A stretch of 64,000 nt of DNA from Cercozoa sp. M6MM (taxonomy: Eukaryota; Protista; Endomyxa: Ascetosporea): the NCBI GenBank assembly GCA_040357565.1, contig JBDODJ010000004.1, one strand, 5' to 3'. Position 1 is the stretch's first letter. Each line of letters opens with the position of its first letter. The notes under the pieces are model-generated. The model did not search any database, was not told where the DNA came from, and was given only the letters and a program-made list of their open reading frames with translations. This document shows positions 1 through 13,113 of this stretch, piece after piece. Position numbers and translations under genes: made by a program.

Positions 1-1148
1 TACGGATCTCGTGCCGGCCATCTCGTTCGCGCACGAGAAGAAGGAGGCCGACATCATGAAGCGTGCGCCGCGCAACAAGGACACGGACAACCTCGTGACG
101 TGGCGCCTCATCTCGTTCTCGTACCTCCAGATCGGTGTGATTCAGGCCCTGGCCGGTCTCTTCACCTACATGGTCGTGCTGTTCGACGAGATGCGTCTGC
201 GTCCGTCGCAGCTTACGGGTCTCGTGTCGTCGGACAACTGGTACCCCCTGCCCTCCCCATCTGACCTGTCTGTCTATGTGCTGGTGTGTCCCTTAACAGG
301 TCGCCGCCGGGTCTCTCGGAGCGCAGCGAGTTCACGTGGCTCATGTGCTACAAGGACTCGGGTGTGCTGCCCAAAAAGTTCACGCAGGCCGAGCTGTACG
401 GCGGTATCGACCTGGCCACGACGCCGATCACGCTGGGCGATTTCTCGTTCCGCGCGGACGTCGATGGTGACGGCAACGTCAAGTACGCCTCGCCGGGTGG
501 TGACGCTGAGGGCAACTCGTACTGCACCTACGTGCCGTTCGCCATGCGCTGCGAGGGCGACTACGCCGAGTTCGGCTGCAAGACCGGCGAGCTCATCGAC
601 GTCGACGACGAGGACGTCGTAGAGAAGATGCAGGACCTGCTGGCGCCGTCGCTCATGGAGCATTACCGCGCCAACATCGTGGACGTCGACATGGAGAAGC
701 TGCTGGACCGCGACGACTTTGTGATCGCCAACTGGTGGGAGCGCGACGAGAAGCTCGCCAAGGCTAACACGGCGTACTTCCTGTCGATCATTGTGGTGCA
801 GTGGGCCGACCTGCTGATCTGCAAGACGCGCTCGCGCTCGCTGCTGCACCAGGGCATGAAGAACCGCTTCATGAACTTTGGCCTGCTGTTCGAAACGGTG
901 CTTGGCATCCTGTTGATCTACACGCCGGCCAACGTGCTGTTCGGCACTCGTCCCGTCAAGTTCATCCACTGGTTCCCGGGCATGCCGTTCTCGATGTTCA
1001 TCTTCCTGTACGACGAATTCCGCAAGTGGTGGATCCGCGACCACCCGGGTCAGTGGTTGCACGCTACCACGGTAACTTTCCCGTCTCCACACACCTTTGT
1101 TGATTGCCTTGTTCCTGTCACACCTCTGTGTGTCTGTAGTACTGGTAA
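1..1148 (+). CDS. Na+/K+-ATPase alpha subunit (P-type IIC), 3' part; exons <1-240, 300-1071, 1140-1148
   Basis: [58 protein letters not shown] and YDEFRKW match the type IIC C-terminal half. GT-AG introns 241-299 and 1072-1139 restore the frame and give the C-terminus WLHATTYW* (cf. KETYY). Confidence 0.95.
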
Positions 1149-1329
1149 GTGCCGTACACGTCGATCGTGTGTCGACAAACCCTTCGCTTGCTGTGCGTCT
1201 CCAAGTGTGTGCCAGCGTGTTGTTGTTGCTTTACGCCAACATCGCTCTCCATCGACAGGAGGCAATGCGCCGAGAATAAGTCTGTCTTCTCTCGCTTGGG
1301 CCTCTGTTTGCTTAGTCCTGCTATCTTAG

Positions 1330-2975
1330 GACTCTTGTAACCTACCTCGCTTTAGCGCAGGAAAGCAACTATCTGAACTGAAAACTGAATGCCAGTTCTG
1401 TCAGCTCCCATCCACCGGTTTACTTCGGATCTTTCGGTTGCGTCTGTCGTGTCCGGTCATAGTGAGTCCGCTTTATATAGGCCGAGCTCACACCGCCATG
1501 AACAGCACGAAAAGAAGGTTGTAAATCAGGTGCACTGCACAGCGCAGCAAATACAGCGAGTCAGGGAACAGGAGCTGACTCGGAGAACTAAACTGCTCGT
1601 ACCAATTGCGAAGGCACTCGCCGACACCGAGTGCTGCCATGTAGCCCTTCCTGCGCTTCCCAGAAGCGAGATACCGACGGGTACATCAAGTAAGTATGCC
1701 AGTCTTACGACTGCTTGATCTGTGTGGCCGCAGGGACTCCACGGCAAACCCTATGTGTAGTCGGGAGAGATAGCACCTGGATTCAACTTTAGATCTTTGG
1801 ATTCTTCGTATTTGATTTTTTACAAGGCACGTAGACGCACACGAGGAGGAACACGGTTGCACCTTTCAGCATAACGCGTCGTGTACGACTTCGCTTCGCT
1901 GAAAGAGAACCAAACCAGTGGTAGGTTAATTTAAACAAACCGAACTTGCAATAGGAACATTAGATACGCTTGCAGGAGAAAGCGCATGCGCAGCGCTGGT
2001 TGCGTACTGGTGACTCGAGGAACTGCCGCATGCGCAGTTGCTTTCGCTCCGCTGCCAGTTGATGCAGTTCATGCCTGCATGCAATCAGCTCCTCCAAGTG
2101 AATTACATTTATCTCGCGGAAATTCAAAATACCCTAATCGAAGCAAGATCACGCAGGTCGTGCCCGACAAGAGTACCAAAAAGATGTGGCGGTAGTGACC
2201 GATCTGGAGGAATTGGGCGTTATTCAACAGCACAGCCAAAAGTGGACCGGTGATTGCGCAGATCGTACAACTGCAGGACTCGCACGGTCAGAATAGGAGG
2301 AGAGATGCACGACTGTGCTTTTGGGTACAGAACTCCGGCGGCAATGAAGATGTGCAACAGCAAGTTGCGTTTTCCGACCAGTTTTCGTACAATTCGCGTC
2401 TGTGACCCTCCCTGTGTGTTATAAATTTATCAGATCGCGTATGAACAATGTAAATTGAGAGTTGAGTTGAGACTCGGAGGAACTGGACAAACTTTGTGAG
2501 CAAGGAGCAAGTGCACTCGCAGTGCAGAGAACGACACTGTTAGCAGCATAAGCGAGAACGCGATCCCCGTGAGGGTGCGCAAAACGCGTGCAAACCACGG
2601 TGCTACCAGCAAGATTTCGATAGCAGAAGAGTTCTTTGGGAGGTGAGATGGCACTGACAATAGATGAGTGTTTTACCTGTTGAACGAGTCAGGAGCGGGT
2701 CTAATGGGATTTAACACACCTTGAACTGTAGTACCCTTGGGTATAACCGATGCACTGTACGAGTACCCCTCCAGACGAGTCCTAGGCATGTAGTGCTTGC
2801 GATTATGAGACCGTGCATCCATACATTTCTATGTGCATCGAAATAATCATTGAATGCGCTACTTAGATAACGAAAAGTTATCGATACCGAAGTAGGTGCC
2901 GGGGTTGTTCTTGTGCCTTTCGTTGTCGCGCTCTTTCGTGCGCTTGTCTTTGTGCGAAACGTCATCACACACACA

Positions 2976-3024
<49 letters not shown>

Positions 3025-3034
3025 NNNNNNNNNN

Positions 3035-3087
<53 letters not shown>

Positions 3088-3990
3088 ACTCATTTAAATA
3101 TATACTCACACAGGTACCGCTTTTCTTTGAGGACTTGTTTGGGATGCCAACTGAACGCCCAAGCGTTCATTGACACTGACGTTGTTGTCGTGGATATTGT
3201 GGTTGCAGTCGCCACCGAGTCGTCAGTTGCACTGTTTGTTCGCGTTGGTGCTCGTGAAAGTTGAATCTCCTGCTTGGTTTGGAGTGCTGCTCGAGCTCTC
3301 TGTATTCTGCAGTACACAACAAAGCATCATGTGGGAGTTCTTAAATTGAGGACTTAATAAAACCTGCCTCGGAATGCATGTCGCGACCAAGAGCGCTGCT
3401 TCCGCTGTCTGCACTTTGGTAATAGTAAACGTAGCTTCACCATTCCTGACCACCAAACGATAGATTTACGCACCGCTACTAGACACAACAGGGCGCGAAA
3501 GATGGGCTCCAGCACGCCACGGTTCAAGACAATCCAGTTTTCGAGCATCTCTCGTCTGTAACGTTGTGTCAATTCCACACAACCAACAACCACAACAACA
3601 ACACGCACACGTATTTTTAATTTAAATTTTAAAGAAAGGATACTCGGGAAGAGATGCGCGTGCGTGTCCGGCCGACAAATCTGAAGCGCAAACCTTAGCC
3701 ACAGAGTACACCTGGTATTTGATGCTGCTAAGGCTGCCCTGGACAACGCAAGAACTAAGCTCCGTTGGTTTGCCTCCCGAAGTCCGGACGCCGTGCGATG
3801 GCCGGCCGGAATGCACCATGCCACCGAGTCCGACTGGACGTTTTAGGTTGTGCTTCAGCTCATATACCGTTCTCGTATCTTCGAACATCGCGTCGTGTTT
3901 CTTTAGAACCCAAAATGCTCGGTCAGAGTCCCCGATCTTCGAAATCGTATGGCTGGGACAGAACCATTTAGCTATGACAGCTATTGTTGG
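1330..3990 (-). CDS. Hypothetical multi-exon gene, boundaries approximate
   Basis: Chain of minus-strand ORF pieces (3622-3888, 3354-3560, 3117-3270, 2430-2660, 1526-1720) separated by GT..AG introns, one of them GT-repeat filled. No recognised domain. Confidence 0.4.
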
Positions 3991-4000
3991 TATATTCGCT

Positions 4001-4078
4001 CATGCCAGTGACCCCCGCCCCAGGACCGATACAGGGGGAACTACATACGGTCGTCGGTTTCCTAGTAGACTGAACTAA
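4001..4078 (+). mobile_element. SINE-like short element, copy A (diverged)
   Basis: catgccagtgacccccgccccaggaccgatacagggggaactacatacggtcgtcggtttcctagtagactgaactaa aligns end to end with the reverse complement of 41788-41864. Confidence 0.7.
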
Positions 4079-4134
4079 GAGCTATCGTATACGATCACCC
4101 GGCCTAGGCCGATCCTATTGTCGAGTGGCGTTAT

Positions 4135-5270
4135 TCAATCCTCCAACTCATCGACATGCTGACTTGTATCGACCTGAGTGTGATCCACCTGGGTCGGAGT
4201 GGCCACAACGGTTTGTGTCGAGATTCGTCCGGCGCCGGCCTCCTGGAGCACAGGTGCGTCGAAGCGTGTCATGTCGGCCGTGAGCACGCGACTGCTGTGC
4301 GTGCTGCGGTCCTTGCAGACGCCCACGAGAGCATCGGCCTTCTCGAAAAACATGTCCTTGAGCGAGATCACAATCGACTGCAAGCCGTCGTGTCGTGCAC
4401 GTGCACTACAGGCAAAAGAATAGCACACAGTACAGTCGCCTAGTTTGGTCTGGTAAGAGTGAACAAGAGCAGTGTTCTACCGAATGTAGTTGGCGACACG
4501 ATCGACGTTCTCGGCGTCTAGAGCAGCGTCGACCTCATCGAGCACAAAGAAGGGCGACTGCTCGAACGAGTGCAGAGCGAACAGACTACGCACACACGCA
4601 CACGTAAACACAGGCAGCGTATGTCTATGTCTCAAAGGACAAGGTACAGAGCGAGTGCAGCGACGGTGCGTTCGCCGCCACTGAGGGCCTCGATGTCGGA
4701 GAAACGCTTGCCGGGAGGCTGCGCGTTGAAGAGCACGCCATGCTTCCAGGGCTCATCGGCATTGTCCTGCTCATCGGCCAGATGGAGCCACGCCTCACCG
4801 CCGAATGGGTTGTCCTGCCGCCATGTGAGCATCTTGTAGATGTGCGAGATGTGCTTGCGCACGTGCCGGAACGCCGCCAAGTAGCGCTGCTTGCGCTTCT
4901 CTCGCAAGGCCTCGAAAGCACCCAGCGCCGCGTCGCGCGCGTCGCGTGCCGCCGCCCACTCCTTGCCGAACTCGCGCAGACGTTGGTCGATCTACAGGCA
5001 GCATATTCTCTCTACCCCCAGTCCCACCCCCCAGTACCATACTTCCAATAACTCGGCCCCCAGTACCATACTTCCAATAACTCGGCCCCCAGTACCATAC
5101 CCCCACTATCTCTACCCTTCAGTATTCCTACCCACCACACTGCCAGGAACCAAGGTACCTCGTTGAACTTCTCCTTGGCGCGCAGGTTAGGCGACATCTT
5201 CTCCAGCTCGGCATCACAGGCCGCTGCGTCGCTCGCGAAACGCGCGCGTACCGAGTCGAATTCGCTGCGC
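4135..5270 (-). CDS. SMC1: Cohesin subunit SMC1, C-terminal exons only; the upstream part is lost at the N-gap 5459-5558
   Basis: [38 protein letters not shown] (signature motif), [13 protein letters not shown] (Walker B/D-loop) and [21 protein letters not shown]. Confidence 0.92.
5031..5100. repeat. 29-bp tandem minisatellite (~2.4 copies) in an SMC1 intron
   Basis: ccagtaccatacttccaataactcggccc starts at 5031 and 5060, with a partial copy at 5089. Confidence 0.9.
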
Positions 5271-5275
5271 CTGTA

Positions 5276-5608
<333 letters not shown>

Positions 5609-5609
5609 G

Positions 5610-5679
5610 AAGCACAGAGAGGTCTAGGTATCCAGCAACTACCTCAAGAGTGTCCACTCTACCGTGGTGCTTATCCTCT

Positions 5680-5714
<35 letters not shown>

Positions 5715-7000
5715 TTCATCACCATCGTCATCGTCGGAGGAAGAGTCGCCCGACGCAGCTGTGTCAAAGAAGTGCGGCGTCGCATCGACTGCCGGTGTCA
5801 CCCAGGCACCGTGCAGGCGGCCCACCAAGTCCACTACACGGCAGAGAGGATACACAGAGCACACCTACACACGCACACAGATCGAGCAAGGCTACAGAAG
5901 CGTGCGAACAATCGTAGCACACGCGGGTCGCTTGTGATCTGCACAGCGGGCGCGCACACGTGTACATTCATTCAGCCGCCGATATAGAGGCAAGTGAAGA
6001 CAATGCACCAGCATGATGCAGGTGAGAACACCGACGAGCACGGCAGTGAACACGGTGCGCACTGCTCGCAACAGTCTCAGCGATAGCAGGTATGAGATCA
6101 CCTTTTGCTGCATCGTACACAAGGTACATTGACGCCTTGCAACAAAAAGCGAAGAAAGAAGAATGTACCACAAGGACAAAGCACTTGTAGACAACGTTGC
6201 GAATGCGCTCGCGTCGGCGAATTCGGTTGTTACTGCCGCTGTTACCGGCGCAGACCTTTGCGTCGGCCTTGCCACGAGTGGCGTTCTTGCCTTGCCTCCG
6301 TGGAATGCTGCTATCGCATGCATTGTCACGATCGATGTTGGGAAAGTCACTCTCGTTGTCTGAAGACGGTGTTTCGACACGCTTCTGGTGGACACGACGT
6401 GTGTGCACCACCGGCGTGTCCGACTCGGTCGACGACATTGAGAAGCGGCGCAGTGACGGCACCGACTGGTACAGACTGCTACCAACACAATGCACAATAT
6501 GCGTATTTACTGAGAAGTGTTGTGAGATCATGTACGGAGATGTAGGGAACTCGGCCATCGACGAGTGTGACATATTTTGGGGTGCTGCGAAAAAAGCGAC
6601 GCAAGAAAAGTGCAGCACGTGCACACGACACGAATGACTGCACTTCCGTGTGCACACCCGGTCTACTACGCTTGCAACTGAGCCGCAACCACCCTAGTGC
6701 TGTTATGCGCTCGCTGTACAGTACGACGCGTTTCGCCTGATCCAAGAATCCAGCTTGCGAAACAACTGGATTTTGCCCTGATCGGTTCTTCCAACTGATC
6801 TGCCCGGGTGTCAGCGCCGCTTAATGCATTTACACGCACTATAACAACCAACCTACGTGCAACGACCGAAATGGTGCGCAGTGGCGTTCTTCTGCGAGGA
6901 AACAGATCGCGCATGACGCGCAGCACGTGGTGTGAGAATGTCTACTCGATTCCATCGAACTACTTGTCGACACTTCAGCACAAACAACTAACCTTCCGGG
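5610..7000 (-). CDS. Hypothetical gene with a Cys-rich motif (CARPLCRSQATRVCYDC..LC) and an acidic tract; probably not part of SMC1
   Basis: ORF pieces 5968-6657, 5764-5967 and 5610-5830 with plausible splice sites. No coiled-coil SMC character. Confidence 0.35.
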
Positions 7001-7199
7001 GTACGTTCTTGGGAGTTCAATGTGAACAAGAAGCAGTCCGTAGTACTTTATCTTAGTCGCCAGTTGATCTTCTGTAAATTTACATGATCGTTGTCTGAGT
7101 AGTAAAACTGAGTAATAATGAATCAGGGTTGTGCTGTTTACTGTCCAAACGTGCCCACATACGTGTGTTGAGCTGTGTTGTTGTGTTGGTAGAACACAG

Positions 7200-7740
7200 A
7201 TGAGCGTCGACACACTCTTTGGATTGTTGAGCGAGGAATGTGCTCCCCTGTAAGGCTGTCTTTGTCGCGCGTGTTTTTAATACATGTGTATTTTCGTGCG
7301 CTTGCAGCGTTTGGAGCCTGCAGGTGATGGACTTTCTGCAAGGACCGTGCTTTGCGCAGACACTGTCAAAGGTACTCAAGTGTACTACTCCGATATGTGA
7401 TGTGCATGTTGGAGGCGCAGGCGCTGGGTGTGGCCATTGTGGCCGGCTCACTGGTGCTCAAGGTACCGCAGATTCTGACAGTCGTCGCAGCCGGCCAGGC
7501 GCAGCTGTCGTAGGCTTTCTACCTCAATAAGTTCAGCGTGTATGTGTGTCCTGATTGACGCAGTTGGACGTCGGTGCTGATTGAGACGTTTGGCTACGGT
7601 AGCTTGCTATTGCCCTTCTGGTCGACGTGTATACCTGTGTTTGAACAGGTGTCACTGTGGCGTACAACCTGCGCAGTGGCTACTCGTTCGATAGCTGGGG
7701 TACCTCCATTCCACCCCCTCTGTGCGATGATGCCGCATTT

Positions 7741-7819
<79 letters not shown>

Positions 7820-8092
7820 AGGCGAGGCGCTGTTCATCCTGCTGCAGAATGCGCTGCTGCTGTTCTTTGTGCTCAAGTATCAGAACAAGGGCGTTGCCGT
7901 GTCGTTCGTGCTGCCGCTGTTGCTGCTGGCGCTGAGCTACGGTTTGTCGCTCGGCGTGCTGCCCTGGACGGTGCTGCAGACGCTTCAGTCGTACTGTTCT
8001 GCCTGTTTTGCTGCGTGTCATCTCCAAGGGTTGTACGTTGTGTTTCAGATGCAACACGCCGATTTTTGCCGCTGCCCGTATCCCGCAGATCA

Positions 8093-8186
<94 letters not shown>

Positions 8187-8519
8187 AATCACTGCGTGAT
8201 ATATTTTGAGATATGAGTTCGATGACAGGATAACTTCGTGCAAGGTCACACGGGCCAGCTGTCACTGCCTACTGTCGCTCTCACCTTTGTCGGCAGTCTG
8301 GCACGCGTGTTTACGACGCTAAACAAGGGCGGCGACTTCATCCGTACTCTTTGTCTGTCGGAGTGTAAAGATAAACTGGAGACATCTCTTTGTTGTCCAG
8401 TGCTCGTGGGCTTCGCCAGCAGTGCCGTGCTGAATGGCATCATTCTGGCGCAGGTGCTATTGCTGTGGCGTGCCACCGCCAATTTCTTGGCGCAGCAGAA
8501 ACGCAAGAAGCAGGAATAA
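7200..8519 (+). CDS. MPDU1: Mannose-P-dolichol utilization defect 1 (PQ-loop) protein, 9 exons
   Basis: Spliced product contains LSKALGVAIVAGSLVLKVPQI, YSFDSWGEALFILLQN and AARIPQIKDNFVQGHTGQLSLPTVALTFVGSLARVFTT. It ends in KKQE* (dilysine ER motif). Confidence 0.93.
7741..8185. repeat. Two intronic (GT)n tracts in MPDU1 (7741-7818 and 8095-8185)
   Basis: Seen directly. The first abuts the 3' CAG and the second supplies the donor GT. Confidence 0.95.
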
Positions 8520-8576
8520 ACGCACGGTTTTGACCGCGCCGGGGCGCGAAAACGTTCGTTGGTTTACCGAAGTTAG

Positions 8577-9787
8577 TTAAATTACGAGCTGCTTTGCTTT
8601 CAGCTTTAGTTGACTTCGCTTTCGTGTCGTACAACTACTAAGTAAGTTAACGAAACTGGGTAGGCCTACGCATGGCAAAATCAGTGCCAAGTCGGAACAG
8701 CGCCAAAAAGGATATCGCCAGTGACCGCAGAGCTCGATGTTTACGAAGTCGGCGCAAAAGTTTCCGCAACAGCCAGCTACAGCAACCAGCACTCGAGTTG
8801 ATGTTAGCAAAGTAAAGGACATGGAAGTAAGCAGAAAGTACGCGAGGAGAGCAAAGACGATGATTCGACACAATCGGCGAAACAGACGTTCGTTTTCTTT
8901 CCAAACATCCGCGCGGAAGCCAAGTTTGACCAGCGTTCGCTTGAGTAGTGGCGAAAACAGCTCAAACACTGAGTCAAGTAGTCTTTTGAGCAACCTGACG
9001 AGTCCTTGCGGTTGTTGACGTCTCGTGCGTTGGTTGACGCGTTCCCACTCGGCTTGCATCGTCCTTTGCAAGTCGTCGGTCGACTCTTCGACCTTCTCAT
9101 CTTCGCCCTCGTTCAAAGGCGTGTTCTGTCGTCGTCTCTTGGTACAATCAGCCTCGCGTTTCCGCAACTCGGCCGAAACCACGGTCGACAAGCGCGCTGC
9201 GCAGTTTCGAAGCAAAAGCTCGCGCAGTCGCTCGCCGAACTCGCGTGCTTCTGAGTCTGCTTCAACGCATGCTGAACAAGAAAAGACATCAATCGCAAGA
9301 AAGTGAATGGGTGACCTGCTTAAACTACAGAGGCAACCAAAAAAAACCAAAGAACACCGTTTGAGACAAGAGCGACTCGGTCAAAGTCGCTTCGATCAGA
9401 AGTGGTGTGCGCGGGGTTGCCAGCCGAAAGGATAGTCTCAGCGATTCGCGCTGCCAGGGCAAACCTCCGCGCAGCACAGCAAATCTCTAACAGCGAAGCA
9501 CTTGTTTCAAACGGCACTGCCGCAACATCGCCGAATCGCGACGCTACACGATCCTCGATGCGATCGTCGGGGAGCCTGGCCTCCAAGATGGCCTGCGCCT
9601 CCAGTAAAATGCATTCCGACGCATGCTTCAAACTCAGTGCTGTGTCGACTTGTTCGAGTGCAGTCTGCAGTAAAAGTGTTGTGTCACAAACATAATCTTG
9701 GGAGGTTGCAGAGCGAGCGGGTACCAGGCACCCAACGGCATCGCCCCCAAGCAGGCATTGTGACGCTTGATCGATTGCCTTTTCCAT
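8577..9787 (-). CDS. Probable PEX26/APEM9-like tail-anchored peroxin
   Basis: Helical N-terminus AIDQASQCLL...ILLEAQAILE...RFGDVAAVPFE resembles APEM9/PEX26 as recalled from memory. It is followed by a charged linker and a basic-flanked hydrophobic helix near the C-terminus (RRLCRIIVFALLAYFLLTS). Confidence 0.45.
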
Positions 9788-9954
9788 CGGCGCCCACTTG
9801 TGCCAGTTAATTATAGATAGCAATGTGCGAGTCTAGTGACGTCTCGTGTTTGCTGACAGTGAATATTGTGGTTCTATTGTTTATAGGTCTCGTAGCCACG
9901 TTAAAAACAAACAGGTTTTCATACTATTGGAGTGAGTCTGTGTGGCTGAGGGAG

Positions 9955-12258
9955 ATGGAGCCTAAACAATACGCCGATCGCTGGCCAGTGGGCCTGTGTA
10001 GTTTTGCACAATTTGCTTGTTTTTGGCGTGATTTGAGAGTGTTTGTTTTGTCTGGCAGCCGTATTCAATGACGAGGTGAATTACCAGGAAGGAAGGGTCG
10101 AGGAATCTGCTCAAATCGCAGGCGGCCGTACCGTTTTATATGTTTTTGGACGTGTTGTATTGTACAACACGACAACACCTTCACAGAAGAAGCTCGCGAA
10201 CGCGTGCAGAAGAGCCGAAGCGAGCGTGAAAAAAGAGAGGCCTATCTGGGCCAGCACGGGCAGAATGACTGGTTTGTTTTCTTTGTGTTCGTTTGCGTGG
10301 TGATGTGCACTATTTAACTTCACGCCACAGGGAGAAGGACAGGGAGTTTATTGATCCCGGTGAGGACCCTGCGATTGCTTTGGTACTCTTGACTCGTATC
10401 AGCCCTGGCAGCTGGAATCTTGTCTGTACAGAAAGTGCAACAAGCGCCGCTTCGTTTGCTGCGTGTGGAGGGACATCACGGTGTTCCGGGCTTGTACACG
10501 CTCGCTCTGCCCTTCAGTACTTTTCCTGCTCAGTCTACGTTGATGCCAGTGTCAATGTCACCTTGTTTGAGCAGCAGAAGACACGGGTGAAACTCGTCCA
10601 CTCGAGACGCCAGAAGAGGTGCTCGAAACCCTGATCCGACTTCGTGGTATCCTCTGTCTCAGTTTGTTTGTGTCTGTGTCTGTGTACGGCACCTGTGTTT
10701 GTATTTACAGCGGTGGCACACACGAAACCAAAGCCAAAGGAGCACGAGGCGGCGCACAAGCTCGGCGTGTCGGTGCAAACCTTCGACGCGCTCACCACGG
10801 TGGCACGCTGGCTCAACTCGCTGCCTTCCGATGTGTGTCCATTGCCTCTCCTCCTTTCTACTTCTGTCAGATCTCTTGCGCAGCGTCTGTGTTTTACACT
10901 GCTGTGCCCAGATCAAGGTGCTGGTGCCTAAGAACCTTAAGCTGCCTCGAAAAATGGAAGATCGTGCTGTCTACGGTCTGCTTGGTACCTTGTCTTTCGT
11001 GTTCTCCTCTTCCTTCTCAGGCTTACACCTTGCGATCACTCCAGGCGGTGCCAAGAGCAGCGACCTCCGCCGTCTCCCCGCCAAGATTATCTCGCGCTAC
11101 CTGCGCAAACGGCAGCGTGACTTGGTACATTTATTTAGGATGTGGACTGGTACACCAATTCCACTGGTACATTTGTACCTATGTATAGCCAGACGAGGAC
11201 AGTACGCGACAGGGCGAACAGCTATTGGAGCAGTTCCGTGCGCGTGTGGCTGCTTCCTTCGAGCCAGTGCGGTCACAAATCGGTACATGCAGACCGATCC
11301 CTCCAGCCATCTAAAACCAACAACAACGTGTCTCTTGTTTGTGCAGCACAACTGCGAAAGAGACAAGTTACGGCAGTTGACCCGGTAAGCTTTCCCGATG
11401 AATACGTTTCATTGAAAATTAAAGTATCGCTGCAGGAACAGCAGAAGCCCATTCTGTCCGCCTTCCTTTCACCGGGGTATACGGCGCTTCTCTTACCCTC
11501 CAGTACCCTACTGTATCGCCACCCGTATTTGATGCACAGAGTGCTTGACGAAGCAATCACACTGCTGCGTTTCTTGCTGGCGAGTTCGCCGAAAGTCTGC
11601 AAGGCCGTTGTACGCTTCTCGCGCAAACAGTTGTACCCCTCGTTTCTCCCCCTCATTGTATCCCTTCCCTGTATCATTGTTGTGCAGTGAACTAAGGTCG
11701 GCAGTGGATTACCTGCGATACTTGTTCCTCACCAACAGCAAGGTGTACTGTCTTAACCGATGCTTAGTTTAAGGAGCGTTTCGTTTGATTTGTAGGCTGG
11801 TTCCTTGTTCCCGAAAGACATGCTGGCACGCAATCATTGGCGCTATGGTAGCTCTCTTTCAAATACGAGATGTACCTCGGTGACTGTGCTTTAGGTTTCA
11901 TGTGGCTCGACTTTGTTGAAGCACTACTAAAACATGTCAAGAATGACAATGTACTTTCTGCCTTGTTATTGTGGGTACTGTGTTTTAATTTCGGTCGGGT
12001 ACAGTCGGAACAAGTCCAGCGACTGAAGCAAGTGCTGCAAGAGAACCTTGATGCATCAAAGCAGGGTAGCTTCCCTTATTTTTGTACATGTGTTTTGGAC
12101 TGGTCCATTGTCGTGATAGCGGCACCAGAGGAACCACCTGCCGTTGATGTTTCAACCAGTGCTGCGCCCACCGAGGACACGGTGTCGTCGAGTGCTACTC
12201 CGAAAGCTTCCGACACCGACGATCAACCTCGTCGTGAGCTTTGTCGTGAGCTTTGTTC

Positions 12259-12352
<94 letters not shown>

Positions 12353-12841
12353 AAGTTGAGTCTGATTCCCTTTGCCGTAGCCGATGCCGATCAACCTGAG
12401 CCAAAAAGTACGTTTGCGCTCGAGGTCTGGTTATTGCTTGCTTTCGACGTGTCTTGTTTCTTTAGGACGAAAGTTGACCGCGAGCGCCAGTGAAAGCCAG
12501 GAAAGTTCGTCGGCGCAACCTGCACAAGAACAGAGTACGGGCTATTTATTTCTTGTTGAACTCAGCGAGAGAGTGTGGTGCACACAGCGAGTGCTGAATC
12601 CGAGCAAGCGAGTCAAAACACAGACAAGCAGACCAATGTCTCGCTGATCGATCTGACCAGCGACGATCGGCCGTCGACAAAGGAGCAGGCTCACGGCGCG
12701 TTCGAGTCCGAAAGCGAAAGCGGCACTTCCGCCACTGCAACTTCCGCCACTGCAACTTCCGCCACTGCGACGAGTCCTGCCAATGCCAATGTTAGCGACT
12801 TCAAGGGTCCTGATCTTGATGGGTCGATTTTCACTGCGTAA
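9955..12841 (+). CDS. Hypothetical multi-exon protein with a low-complexity S/T/A/E C-terminus
   Basis: Many short exons bounded by GT(AC)..AG. The last exon carries three copies of a 15-bp TSATA repeat (12726-12770) and ends in TAA at 12839-12841. Start is uncertain. Confidence 0.55.
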
Positions 12842-12933
12842 CTAGCTTCAATTGACTCAGTGCAACTGAACGTTAGCGACTCACCGAAACAAGTAACGCT
12901 TCTGTTATGGTATAAACCAGTAACTAAGGTATC

Positions 12934-13006
12934 GACACGGCCATGCTCTTGGATCCACTCCAGACTGGTGCTAGTTGGTTTCCTAGAAGACTCAGCTATC
13001 TAACTA
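12934..13006 (+). mobile_element. SINE-like element, copy B (17-bp internal deletion)
   Basis: gacacggccatgctcttggatccactccagactggtgc/tagttggtttcctagaagact followed by the tail cagctatctaacta matches copies C and D. Confidence 0.85.
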
Positions 13007-13113
13007 TACTGATTCAGATTTGATAGCGCGCTGAGGATGCCGCCACGCACATTACGGTAACGTATGGTCGCACTGAAGCTCGAGAAAGATCATGGCATGC
13101 TAATTCGAGCGCT

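Noticed and set aside
4086-4111. Two adjacent 12-bp palindromes (atcgtatacgat, cggcctaggccg) beside SINE copy A
   Set aside because: They are not present next to the other copies, and no function can be supported.
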